Translations under genes and position numbers: made by a program
Source: Iphione sp. A-MEVVRFRX5
Taxonomy: Eukaryota
Reading direction: 5' to 3'
Assembly: GCA_976226885.1 (NCBI GenBank)
Contig: OZ320313.1
Location: forward strand, 74,958,001-75,022,000
Length of the DNA stretch: 64,000 bases
Part shown: piece after piece, positions 40,051 to 53,621 of the stretch
Layout of the letters: the number at the start of each line of letters is the position of its first letter
Position numbering within the stretch: position 1 is the stretch's first letter
Notes under the pieces: generated by a model
The model's input: the letters and a program-made list of their open reading frames with translations, nothing else
The model's database searches: none
What the model was told of the DNA's origin: nothing

Positions 40051-40555
40051 GGTGTAGATATAGAATGCTAAACCCCAAAATGTCCAGCACATTGCGAATA
40101 AACTTTGTTTTCCTCCTTAAATTCCATATATCTTGTTGGTTTATCCACTATTTCACCATGAAATAAATCCTAAATGCATACAAATGTCCAGCACGCTTCT
40201 AGTGGTGTAACCATAACAGCTGAGTAAGCACGTCACTTGTAATGGTTCAAAAACCTCTAATCATTATAAAAGGACCAAATATTACCAAACCTGAAAATTG
40301 ACATAAAAAATAATGATCGCTTCATTTATCAATAGATTTTATTCATGAATTAAATTAAACCCTTATATTTCACTATTTCCATACATCAAGGCACCCTACG
40401 GGTGCCACGCCGCCCAAGAATGCGCCATCCCCAACGTCATGATACGTCACAATGGGCCCTGTCTTTAACTCACATGTAAAACACCAGGTGGCTGTCCTGA
40501 ATGGGTTAAACAACATCAGTCGGGCCAATTTACAAGGCATGGCTGCAGAGGCACA

Positions 40556-43538
40556 ATGGCGGAATCTCATTGATGAGTCTATGAGGAGGAGGTGGAGGAG
40601 GGCTTGGAGGAGGAAGAGGATGTCGAGGAGGTGGAAGAGTAATCTGAGGAAGAGGAGGAACACTTAGTGGAGGTTGATGATCCACTGGTACTCACTGATC
40701 CTGCAGAAGAGATCCTGAAAGATGAGTGGACATGCTGCAAAAACTTACATTGAGTTATATGAACCCGCCATAATGAACTATGATGGAGAAAACACACTAA
40801 CACAACTCGGCGAATAAGTTGATATGTTGTTTTTTATTGAAAATCCCAACATTTCGGACACTTCATGTGTGCCTTCTTCAGGGGCCATGTGTGCCATAAT
40901 GGTGACTTGCAGTTGCTTGCAACAATTTAAGAAACAACCTATTAAAACATTGTCTCTGTAAATCCCCTTGCAGATTCTGAAGTATTTTGTGAACTTGTTA
41001 GAATAGGTTTTTACCATTGCAGTTATATTCAGGGCCATTTTTAATCCATCTTGATGATCACTTGTGGTCACTCTCATCAATCTAAGACAAACCTCAAAAC
41101 ATTGTCTATGTCATTGCAAATTGCCTTGCAGGTTCTGAAGTATCTTGTGAACATGTTAGAATTGGTTTTTAGTGTTGTATTTAGGGTCATTCTAAAATAT
41201 CTTAAATTATGGGAAACTGACCATGTGACTGTGAACATTTCCTGTAGGTGTTCTTGCAAACACTACAATGATGATAACTGTAGTAAACAGTTCATGTCAA
41301 CTGAGTTGACAGACAGACAGCAGGAAGTTTTCCAGCTGTCCTCAGGTACTTATTGTTTCCTGAACTTGTTGTAAAACTTGTTGAGACTGTCAGTGACCAT
41401 TTTCGGAAGATCACTTTGATTTGACATTTGCCCAAATTATTTATTATTATTATTAACTTGTCAATTTCACCTTACCAGAAAAAACAATCCCATGTCAATC
41501 CTATTCATCTTGATGAATGAAGAGTTATGTATACCCATCTCTTCTAGGGGAAAAGGACATGCTACTCCAAGGCATAATAAGCACAGTTACAGAAATGACA
41601 TCAATGTTGAAGAAGGGGGAAAAGGGGAAGCGCAAGAGATGTGCTCTGCACAGCCACTACATGATTGGTTCCAAGGTCATTTGCAGGGACACCTTTAAGT
41701 TTATATATTCGTGAGTATCCCTCATCCTTGTACTTTTTTCCTTCCAGATACCATAATGATAAAATGTAATTTCCATGTGCATGTGTTGATAGTAGTATTA
41801 GTAGTATTTCAAATTAATAGATAACAATGTCAGAGAGTCATGGATTTGGAGTATGTAACCACCCACCAATTAGATGGTACAACCCACTTGCATTAATGGC
41901 CTCCTGTTTTGGTTAGATATTAAGGGTATTTCACTTTACCTTCCAGCATCAGCCAAAACAAACTCACCAACATCATTCAATGGTATAAGGACAACGGCAT
42001 TGTCCCCCATGTCAAGAGGGCTGGAGGCAGACAGTCCAAAACCAAGATCCTCCACCTCACTGACATCCAGAGAGTTGCAGGGTTAATCACGTCATTCGCG
42101 GAAAACAATGCCCTTTTCCTACCTGGCCGTGTAGCCACCCACAAGCGCAATGATATCCTCCTCCTCTCCTCATCTGCCACTAAGGCAGACATCTACAAAC
42201 TGCATCATCAAGCTATGGAGGAGTCTCAGTACAGGTGTGTAGAAGACTCTACATTCTGGAATCTGTGGCTGCAACTTCTTCCCCATATATTTTGTTCCCA
42301 CCCCAGAACTGACCTATGTTGGGAATGTTAATGTAACTACAGGGATATTTTCTCAACTAATAATCTCCCCAAGGCAGTTAAGGCAGCAAAACTTAAGAAG
42401 CAGCAGAAACATCTGGAGGTAGTAACAGCAGAAAGGACATTTTATCAGAATATGGTGAAGAATGCCAAGGTCGCATATCAGGAAGCCGATGCCCCAGCCC
42501 TTTGTCCACACCCACCCTGTTCTGTTGATGTAGCTACTCGGATCAGTTTTGACGATGGCCAGCAGGTCCACCTTGCCTCTTCCCCCATACAGCCTGGGCC
42601 ACTTTATTTTCTAGTCCCATGGAAGGTGGGTATCTTTGGGGTGTGTGATGAGGCTATTCCCATGCAGGTCAACTATCTTATAGATGTGGGACACTGTGAG
42701 AGTAAGGGAACCAATGCTGTAATCTCGTATTTGCACTACAACTTCGAGATGTTTGATCTGGGGTCATGCTCTGTTGATCTATACTGTGACAATTGCGGTG
42801 GCCAGAACAAGAACAATTGGGTGTTAGCATATCTCATGTGGAGGGTCCTGACTGGTCGTCACCAACCAATTACTTTTAACTTTCTTATTACTGGCCACAC
42901 AAAGTTTGACCCAGACTGGTGCTTTGGTTTGCTGAAACAGAAATTTTGGCATGAATCTGTTTCTAGCCTATCCCAGTTGTCTCAGACAGTACTTAAGAGT
43001 ACCCAGGATCAGGTCAATGTTCTCCAACTTGTTGGCAATGGGTCTGGGAATGTTGATGTGCCATCCCATGACTGGCAAGCTTTCCTCTTATTATTTGTCT
43101 GATGTTTGCAAGGTATTAAGCAACTTCAGCATTTTGAGTTCTCAAAACAGTACCCTGGGATGACCTCCTTCCGTCAGTATGTTGACAGCCAGCCAAACAC
43201 TTTCAAGATGCTAAGTGTTAACCCCCAAGTGGTCCCCTCCTCCACCTGTTCCCTCCCTCAGTTTGTCTACCAAGAGACAGTGATATCTGTTCAAGACCCT
43301 CAGAGACTTCTGTACAGAGGAGACAAAAGATATCATATCTCTGAAGCCCTCTGTTCCTGAGCCCGCCTTGACAGAAGCAGAGTTGGATACAGGGCCAGGA
43401 TGAGCTCCAGGAACTCCTGAGGAAGGCCCTGCACAAGGCAGAGGCCGGGGCCAAGGCAGAGGTAGAGATTGAGGTGGGCATGCCCGGACCCCAGACACTT
43501 CAGAGGAGGAGGAGGAGGAGGAGAAGATGATGTTTAGA
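40556..43538 (+). pseudogene. Sola-type DDD transposase, spliced, inactivated
   Basis: Acidic N-terminal segment; exons 41248-41345 (CSCK..CSKQF), 41548-41710 (ICRDTFKFIYS), 41947-43538 (PRTDLCWEC, ISFD, QPGPLYFL, CDNCGGQNKN, GHTKFDPDWCFGLLK). Stops at 42329-42331 and 43100-43102; frameshift near 43260. Confidence 0.85.
40925..41210 (+). repeat. Diverged ~152-bp tandem duplication inside the Sola element
   Basis: AAAACATTGTCT at 40944 and 41096, each followed by CCTTGCAG.TTCTGAAGTAT.TTGTGAAC.TGTTAGAAT. Confidence 0.8.
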
Positions 43539-46500
43539 CAAATGGAGAGCAGTTCATTTTTATAATTATTATTTTAATAAGACCTCCAAAACTATGCTTT
43601 TAATCAACCCAAGACAACAAGGAACACTTATACTGACTGTTTTTCAAGACCAGGGCAAACCTACAGCCCTTTTTAAGCTTCTAGATTGAGGTACTGTGAT
43701 ACATTGTGCTTGCCTTTCTAGGTTAAGTTTCCATTCCAGAGCGAAATTTTGTCACAATTTCAGAAGCCAGCATGAATAAAAAATTATGTCTCAAAATGTA
43801 TGATCCTTTGCTATTTTGTTGCTTAAATAGACTATGTTGAGTTTCAGAAAGATTGAGGAATAAGAAATATCCATTGCTAAGGAAAACTGCGGTAGAGTGC
43901 ACCTACCAAAACTTCAAAGGCCAATATCTCAGTTTCTCATTTACAGTTTACAGCATCACTACATAACTTTGTCACATCACTATATTGTGCCTAATTATGG
44001 TAGGAGGACATGCTATACCTCATTAGAAAGGCAAGAAACAGCACTTTTTTATGTAATGAATAACTCAAATTTAATTTTTTCCAACTTCTGACTCATTTCA
44101 CCAGAACAGGTCACATATAGAGTTGTTCACTCCTTTCCTAATATCTGTTTGTGCTCTTTACACTTGCATCGCCAATGTTAGAACCTGTCAATATCAAGTC
44201 TTTCTGTGCTGCACTGTCTATACAGAGCACATATATCTGCTCTTACATATAAGGACACAGCAATGGAGATCAGACATATAGGCCAAGTTTCCCTAAGTCT
44301 GTATGAAATGCATTTGTCCATGTTAAGAACAGATACATAAATAGAAAAGAACGCACACGAAATTCTGCTTGACCCCCCTGTAGTACGGGCAATGTAGCCA
44401 TTTTTAGGCATGTTTCCTTCGTGTAGAAGGAAAACGTGCCTTGACGTCTAAACGCATCCATAAAGCAAGAATATGTACTTCATGGATACGTCGACCTGAA
44501 GAAATATTGTCTAATAGCACGGTATTAACGTGCTACTGCTGACTAAATGTAATATACAAACAACAGATGGCCCAAGGCTCTTTCCAGATTAGGCCTTTGG
44601 TGTAGTCGGCCTAGCATAGAATCTCGCCCGGTCCTTCAACTTGTTTTGTCCTTTGCGTCACTAGTTACCGTTGCACGTTCATAATGAGATTAACAAAACA
44701 TAAATTAGATTTGGTCATCCCCTAATGTGTTCGAGCTGGAGAACTGTTCAGAGAGCGTTCGGAGTTACTCGAACCAAGTATTAGTGTTTTCTTCGATGGG
44801 TTCATTTCATTGTTTCTCCATGGTTATGTCCAGCTTGTAATAACCAATGTTGTTTCTGTGGAAAAGATGGCTTTTTATTCTTTAACATGTTTGCATGGTT
44901 CTAATGTTAAGAGGAACTACTTACTTTCCAATACATGCCCGTAAGGCCCATAGTCCAGGAGAGTGGGGTGCATCTGTGCATGAAGAGTCTGTGCATATGG
45001 ATATTTTCAGCGTATGAGAAATAAGTACGTAATCTGATTCGATAAGTCCGGTGTGTGTCCGTGTCCGTGCATGTGATGTCCAAAATAAGCACTGTGTGTT
45101 AATTTCCTGTACAGATACATCCTGGGCACTCAGACACCTGCTGGGACATGTAGGAATTGCCTATAAGAAGCATGGCAAAGGTCAGAAAATACATGTATTT
45201 AACTTTTTTGCGCAAATCTCCTTGAATATGAGACAAATTTGAATATATTCTGCTTTTTATGCAAATCACCTGGAATATGAGCCAAATATGCATAAAGTGT
45301 GCCTTATTTTTTAACTGACACTTTTGTGTGTAAGTGCAGATAGAGAGCGAGGCCACTATGCTGCAACTTTTGTAAACAAGATGAATAGAAAGTATGGCTC
45401 TTCAGGCTATAGCAATATATGAATCTATCAATATGATACTAGAGCATCCTGAGACGATAGATCGCTTCCACAGCTAGGCGTACGTTTGCAATCGGATTAC
45501 GGAGGGAGACCCGTTCCATTTTGTGTTCGAATCCCACAGATGTCCATTTTAAACTCAATATGCAGTCTGAGGAATTGCATCATCGATTTCTCTCTTCTTA
45601 GCGGCATTAAAATTGGCTAGCGCAGACAACACTCTGATCCATCCAATCGTGGATAGACATGGTTATTCACTGACATATTTTTCCTAGTAGAACGAGAGCA
45701 TAATTTCTTCCGGCACAGATAATATATTTGTGTACGTTTATATGTGCACATGTAAATGTGCTCCAGTTTTAAGGCCGTTGTTCCATGGATGAGAACCAAG
45801 CGTGTTTCCAGCAGAGGTTGATTATGTGGCTGCATACATTGTGTGTATCTCTCTTTCTCTGTCTCTCTCTCTCTTTACATATCGTTGTGTGTATTCCTAT
45901 ACAATCCTTGCTTTCCTATGCTCCAATGCACTGTCTTTGTATGCCACTGGTGCAGGCTGGTATACTGGGAAATTTATGGACATTGCTTATTTCATACATT
46001 GCATATATGGACCCAGGCTCATACACTGAACCTATTAAATGACGCCAGTACATGTCCCTAATAAAAATAATCCCTGGATGCATGCACCCACCCCCCTTCC
46101 CTGCACAGCTACAACACAGAAATGTAGAATGACGTGGTCTTTCCATGCACACGTATTTTACGCACACGGAACAGATTCCAGATGTGTGTGCAATACCAGA
46201 TTACTATATTTTAAGGAACAATACTCATTTTACTACTGCGGGGCATGAACTACAGATCAATCAATTAGGTACCAGTTTTCCCAAACTCACATCTGTGTGG
46301 ATGGTGTGTGATTGGTATATGACGTACCAAATAAGTCCTCAACACTCCTCCTAGGTGTCCCTTTGTTGTCTTCATTACATACATATGGAAAGATATTTTC
46401 CATGATGTGTGCAGTTGTGCATTTTTTAACGTTCATTCAGTTGAGATTGAATAGTGGGCATATTTGTCCAATTATCAACTTGTCTTTAAACATTGACTTT

Positions 46501-49268
46501 TCGGTTCAAATAGGAAACTTAATTCTTTCTGCATACTTTCTATGTTCGGGGCTGGGAGGGTGCATAAAAGATGTGTGCATAACAAGACCGCCTTAGGGCA
46601 TAATGCTCATGACGTAAAGATTGAAGTGTCTTCCTCTCGACTGTACCTTATAACCAAGGTAGTGATCCACTCGGAAGAGGAAACCTGAGATACCTAGCAT
46701 TAGCAGGCTTCTGCAGAAATGATCGGCCCAACATACAATCCACCGAATACGAAGTTCAAATCAAAGTAGCTATTACGCCTGGAGGCTGTCGTACCATGAG
46801 CGACGCTGCTTTCTCCCGGGCAGACAGACCAAGAGGGCCCTGGAGCGTCGTTCGGCAGGCAGTGCCCACTCCTTCAGGCATTGTTCCTGCAACGCCGCCT
46901 AATCTTACAAGGGTTACATGGGGTGGAGGCTACGTGCGAGCTGGAAAGTAGCTGGCAGGCAGGCCCTGCCTCTGGCTGCGACGCGTCAAGAAGGCTGTCC
47001 ATGTCTGTCCCCCTACATTATTGAACGGCTTGTAATGGCAAACGGCGACCGATGGGCAATTGCACGGCTAGTCTGCCCTCACTGAGCATCACCCGCAGAT
47101 AGGCTACAAAGCGGCGGCCAACCTTCTTCCCACTGCACGTAAGACAAATAGAATCACTTGCGGAGGGCTTCTGTCCTGTCCGTGCCAGGGTGCCTTCCAC
47201 TTCTATTTGTACGATTATTTAAGGAGACGTCGTCGGGCATCGCCAGAGCGGCTTTGTGTTGGATCTATTAAAACATTCACTTAACATTTGCACGCCGTTC
47301 TCAAGAGACTCAAACATCATTTTATGCTTCGTGTCCGAAAATACAAGACACAAAACACCGCATTCCCAATGGGAATGAACAGGAGTGACTCTGGCTCTGC
47401 TGAATTACTGACTGTAGGTTTACTTAAAAGCGACTAGTACACAGACGATACGCAATCCCACGACATGACGTGAACAGACCTGTGTCTCATTAACAATCAT
47501 CTGGCCAAGTGGGTGATCATGCCCACACAGTCCAGAAGTGTATCATGGCAAACCAGTCGCAGCCTAATTGGTGACCGACACATCATGGTCTGAATCATAT
47601 GCTGAAACCTTGTAGGGGAGGATGTATACCTACCTCATCAAGTGGACTACACGGTAGACCGTTTCTGTCAGAGATACGCGACAAACGGAAATAACGAGTG
47701 ATTTTTCATGCATAGATACTGTAACAACACAGTAACGTCCTTGTGAGTTCCTGCCCTGACATTTACCATAGATAAGCAAGAATAATAGGTTACACCAGGG
47801 CTTTTCCTATGACTCATTATGACTTTATGATTCGTGACCTTTTGTAAAATTGGTTTTAAGCCACCTTCGTTATTCTCATTATCGTAAGGCACTCTGCAGG
47901 ATCTAAAGTTAAGGATGTGCTCCCTGCTATTATTTTTTGGTAATTTTACTCGGACTAGTTTTCCTGTTTCATTTACAGCTTCCCTAAATACGTTCTTTTC
48001 ACGGCGAGACATTGATTATTAGTGTCATTTATCTCAGGCAGACGGTGCAAAAAGCTACTCAGCTTCAACTATGGCGCCATTTTGACGCAAAATCTATCGT
48101 AGGCGTGCTGAAAATTTGCCCCCTTTCCTCTTTGAACTTGCCATGCAATAATACCTAGATGCTCTTTAGAGAGACGCATTACACTTTGCAAATGGCATCG
48201 ATAATGGTTCTTTCCCTTACATGGCTCAAACATTTGTCATGTTCATACAGAAAGGTCATAAACATCCAAGATGGACTTCTTACAAATTGACCGATGTCCG
48301 TTCTATGCCGAAATGTCCACAATAGAGATTTACGTATCAGAGGTAATCCAGTAGTGATGTGTCTGCGGTCAAGCACAAAGCCTTACAGCTCCACATAAAT
48401 TTAAATACTGAATTTAATATAAAAGTGGTAACGGATGCGATGTGCAAATATTTAGTTACACTTTGTCCCTCTCACACCCGCTTACATCCAACAGACAAGA
48501 GTGGTTTAGCTGCCCGACGGTTCTCAACACCTCTTCCCATCGTTATCTCAACCCTAGCTCAATATTGTCCTGACTTATTCATGATTTAGCTGTTTGGTGT
48601 CTGCCAACTAGCTCTTCAGTTAGTTATTTGCCACTGCGACATCGCATATAGTTTTGATGAATTTAGGGTTTAAAGTTTAGGGGCCTCCTTTATTCCCACC
48701 TGGTACGGTGATATCATTACGGTCTTTGTTTGAGGTACTGTTTAGTCTGAGGAACGATATGGGAACCTTGAAGAGCCTCTGAAGTCAAACATTGTAATGA
48801 GAGTTTGCATGTTCGTGCTTCATTATGTCTATCGGATTCGAGCTACGATCTTAAACCCTACAATAAATAAGTGCCTGGTAAAAGAGCAAGACTGTGATTC
48901 TGCAGGCCTCCCACACCCCTAGTAGATGCGCGTGCTGCAAATTATGCCTATCTGCATACAAGTCTTCCAAAGGACCGGCCTTTATCCGCCAGCAAGAAAA
49001 CTGAGTTGCTGATGAAGATTCATTAGCTCTCTACTGATGAGCTAATCCTTTGCCTGTCCATGCCGCTTTAATCCCGACATCTTCGAGAAATACTGGTTAA
49101 AAGAGAATATTGCATTGGGACATACCAAGTTCAATAAAACTTTTTTTAAATGCATTCAATCATTTTGATGTAGTAATTAAATTTACTGGAATTTAATATT
49201 ATTTTTATGCAGAGGAGAGGTCCTCGGCGCTGTGACACAAAAATAAATTAATTTCTGGTCAAACTCAC

Positions 49269-49371
49269 CTGTTGTAAACCTCGAAATTCCAAGGTCAGTC
49301 AGGGCATACATGAAGGCGAGGACCGTCGTCCATCGTTGCCATAGGAACCGACCTGGTAACAATCCAGCCAT
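49269..49371 (-). CDS. Candidate first coding exon of a host gene, signal-peptide-like (MAGLLPGRFLWQRWTTVLAFMYALTDLGISRFTT-G)
   Basis: ATG in GATCATGG context; hydrophobic core; ends at a consensus CAG|GTGAGT donor in phase 1; CpG-rich upstream sequence. No downstream exons were identified. Confidence 0.45.
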
Positions 49372-52300
49372 GATCGTGGGCAGACGTTGCCAAGTACTCC
49401 AGGGCTTTAACCCAGGTGGGTGATTGCTCTCCAGTCCGCGGGACTCACAAGCTTGACAGCGAACAGCAGATCAGCACATGCCGAATGTCCAAAACTGATC
49501 TCGTCAGGCGAGAAGTGACACTTGACAAATCAACCAGCAGTAATTCAAAAGAGCCGCAATGGATTGCTGTCTCTAGTTCGTGGCGTCTTTCCGTCCTGAC
49601 GCACGCTCTACCGTTGTTGACATTAGCTGTGTTGGAAGATTGTCACCGTCGTTTTAATCAGATACTGTGTTTTTGCAACGTAGGATATGCTTGTAGTAAT
49701 TTGTTTAGACTTTCTCGGAAGTATTTTGTCCCTCCTCTCCCTTGGTAATTCCTTGTTCAAGAAAGTCTTTTAATTTGGTAAACTGATACTTCAAGTTTGG
49801 TGGTTTTTTTTGTTTCGACGGTGAACCAATTATCGTGCAGGAAATTAATCGTGTACCATGTATTTATTCACATTATTGACACCGAATCACCAGGAAACCG
49901 AGTGGATTTTCACTCCAATTGCTCCTCATCAAATTACTTAACAACCAGGGTGTACTAGACTATTTCTTGGTACTGTTTGGAATAACATTTAATCAGACGG
50001 CATTCTATGCGATCAACGGATTAATTACGGATTGCATTCCGAGTGTTTCTCAAAACACAAAAAAGAAACGAAATTGCTGCAGGGTAGGTTATGAAACCAG
50101 TCTGTTTTACTTCAGTCAGAATGCAAACTTCATACACGAAATGTGAAGAATGAATTATCCAACGCTTATACTGTAGATGGGGCTGTAATAATCCAATCTC
50201 TCTTCCGTATCAAAATCTGAAAAGACAATAATGATGTTTTAGTGGATAAACCGTATGCAGTGCACATGCAGCAACGAGGAAATCCTCGTCCGGTAGTCAT
50301 TCTCTTTCTTCGTGTTTTATATTTAGTTGTTTCATCTGGTTGATAATGTCGACGGAGAGTTTATCATATATATATAATTATGTATTAATAGACTCATTAC
50401 TACTCATGGAAAACGGCCAAGATCATAAATGATTTTGCTTTGACCTTGCTGAATCTGCCTATATGAACGTAAATTATTATGTATCTATTTGCAGGTCTGT
50501 AATATATGGAGGGGATGCTAACTACGTTGCAGTATAAAAGAAGCTGCGTGTAAGTCCATCAATGGCAAATAAATATGAATAATCGAAATAATTAATTGAA
50601 ATGTTAACATTTCATCATGTTATGGTCATTCCAGTAAGATTTAATTCCAATGGTCCACAATAGGGGAAAAGCAATTGTATCAAAAAGTTACATTTGCTCT
50701 AATCCTGAAGCCAACGTGCCAATAGTTAAAAAAAATTCAACTCTGCACTAGAATTGTGGTACCTAGAAATTCATTTGTCGTTGGTTCCCTCTCCCTAAGA
50801 TTTTCCTATAAGCCTGCGGTGCTAAGTAGCCCCTTTTTCACCAGTCTTGCTGGAAATACATCTACACACAATTCGCTTTTATCGACAGTATGATTCCGAC
50901 ATATCTGCATGCGTTCACTCAAACTGAACTGTAGAGACTCTACATATCACAGTGGTAGATTAACAACTAACAGTGTGCAAGTGGCTGAGGCAAGCTGATG
51001 CTGTAGGCAACAAATGTATATGACAATATGACTTGTTCTGCTTGGGTTTTAATGACACTAAAAGCTAGTAACCCGAAGAAGACGATGGTGTATAGTATAA
51101 GTCTCTACCATTATTCATTCTAAAATTACGCAAAAAATAATAAACAATCAAGTCTTCCATTGGTATCAATGGGTAAGCCATTGGTATCAATAGGTAAGTC
51201 ATTCAGGTTTGGTGGAAATGGAAGAACTAAGTTTTCAAACACCAGAGCTACTATAACAAGTTCCCTTTGTTTTTTGTTTCGATTTCTAACCATCATCTCT
51301 AACTTTAAAATTCTACTCCTTCGTCTTTATTATAACTCATTATCACTTGTTGCTATTTGCTACCATGATGGACAAACTCCTGTCATACATAGTTAATAAG
51401 AATGATTATTTCATACGGAACAGTCCATTGTTTGGGCTCGTAACAAAGGCAAGTGGCTTTATGTGGCACTGGATGTTTTACTAGACAAAGCTTTGCTCCC
51501 AAAATAAATGCAGCAGTGTCTAAACTTATGCATATTCGCTCAAATCTGGAAAAGTTCAGGAATATCCTATGAAGTTTAGGCTGAATTGATCCAAGACTGT
51601 AACATCGACAACATTATAGGAATCTTAGGCAACTCTTACTCTAAAAATGTGTGAATTCGGCAATACTGTATACATTTAAATGCATTCACATATACATGTT
51701 TATTATATATATACACGTATACAAATTGGGTACACCTGCATCTGTAAAATCTGTTTCACTGCTCTCTCCGCAAGCACATGATGCATGCAGAACACACAAA
51801 TACACACACATATATATACACACAAACACGAATTTACGTTGGGCCTAACAAATATCCCCATCAACTTGCTAATGTCGAACTGAAAATGGAGCAAAACGGC
51901 TCATGTCCTGAACGTTGGAATTGCACGAACTAGTTGTGATAATAAATACCCTCGTGGGTTCTTATACTTTCCTATGGAACGATGCCTCTTCGTCGTTCCC
52001 AACAAAGAGTGTTGCTTTGGGTCCACATCACGCGTGGGTGTTCTGTGTTTACCAAACACAGTCAACGCCATGTGTCGATGTCTCAGAATCACGTGAACTA
52101 ATGGTTTCTATACCACGCAGTACCAATACATATACGTTGTGTATTGGCATCACGAGAGACATATATCGGCCGCAGGATACCGTTGAATCAACATATCAGT
52201 TAACTACAACTGATCTTCACGCTATTGGTAGGGTTCGGTACAATGTGCATGTACTATCAGGTTCTTAGTTCGGAATCATACTGTGCTTCATTAACATTAT

Positions 52301-53621
52301 ATCAATTTGTGGGTATGTGTATAGATGGTTTCCAAAATAAATGTTCTGCCAATATATTTTCGGAATGACCTAAGACCACTTCAGCAGGGGAAATAAATAG
52401 GTAAAACCTGAACAGAATGCACCAAGTGTTTATTTAATGCCAGCGACTGGTCCCGTGCAGGGCGATCTTGACAGGAAGAAAACACTTGCCGTGGTCAAAA
52501 GAAAAATCTAAAACATTGTTAAAAGTACACATGTGTTCTAGCAAACATAAAACTGAGAGGACCCCATTTTCTTTCTTGTTGCTGTGCTTTTGAAACAAAC
52601 TAGCTTCACATAAAACGGTATTGCAGTGAAAGTGAACTGGACATATACAGTCATGTATTTGAATAATAGATATCGTCAGTATTGGTCTTCGGTAATAAAT
52701 ACTGAGTGCATAGGTCAGCACCGGTCAGGGTCACTCTCCCACTTATCATGTCACGATTGCGTTCTTCTTTCAGGTCTCAAATATCCCATAATGAGATCCA
52801 GGTGTGTGCCCCAACCAGACGCTTATCAGTTCATGCTATGAAGAAAACGTCCCTGGACGCCACGTACACTGTCTGTTTCACGGTTTCAGTAATTGTAAAT
52901 GTGTGCGTGTGATATTTGCATGTAGGTATAGAAGAAAGAGTGTGAGTTCGTTCGTGCGAGCCACGGATAACCAGTGCTGCCAGATGCTAATTTTGCTCAT
53001 GTCGAAGGTAGATATAACGTCAGGCGTGGTGAGCTACACAAAAAATAGGCAGTGATAACTAGGGCGTTATCCATGGTGAGTGTTAGTTAGAACATATCTT
53101 CCCTGAACAGTCGCTGGCCAATTACTTATCAGCAAGATTAGTGCTAATCTTCTAAGGCAATAAACAAAATCTGACGGGAAAATGATGAGGTCCATCTTGT
53201 AAAATAGGCTTTATATCAAGGGGAAGACATTAATAGTTTTCTCTAAAGAGTAAAGATAGGAGAACGTTTACTTTAAGATATAATTACACAAGTCATTTTT
53301 CCGCTTGTGACACAGGTTGGACTAGTTATGATATCATCTATTGATAAAGGCCATAATATTTAGGAATGGTAGGCCTACAAAAACATGTGCTTCAAATACA
53401 TGTTCATATATATATATATATATGCACGAATACTCTACTATAGTACATTTATATTGTCTTGAATGAAAACATAACATTGGATGGGGCCCCTTTCAGGTCA
53501 ATATTTCATTCTCTTAAAGTTTGCCCGTGTGCTTATGTGAAGAGGTCATAGGTCAGGTACTCAATCGTACCAAGTCGATATCAGGTTGGACTTGATCAGA
53601 CGTCATGAGTGATTAACTCAC

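Larger units (their letters stand above)
37813..40505 (+). mobile_element. piggyBac transposon (defective)
   Basis: TTAA at 37809-37812 and 40506-40509. TIRs CCAAATCAGGATGGC and (reverse complement) CCCATTCAGGACAGC, 11/15. Contains transposase remnants. Confidence 0.88.
37181..44114 (+). mobile_element. Sola-type DNA transposon, full length, interrupted by a piggyBac
   Basis: 24-bp TIRs GTGACCCATTCTGGTGAAATGAGT (37181-37204) and ACTCATTTCACCAGAACAGGTCAC (44091-44114), 2 mismatches. 4-bp flanks ACAT/ATAT. Encloses the transposase remnant. Subgroup not determined. Confidence 0.75.

Noticed and set aside
45773-46592. Possible additional Harbinger MITE (TAAGGCCG...CCGCCTTA)
   Set aside because: The terminal match is too short and imperfect to support.
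47700-47900. Penelope-like GIY-YIG region
   Set aside because: No GIY/YIG residues and no adjacent RT.
51915-52268. 117-aa plus ORF as an extracellular domain
   Set aside because: Non-ATG start, no recognisable domain and no convincing splice sites.
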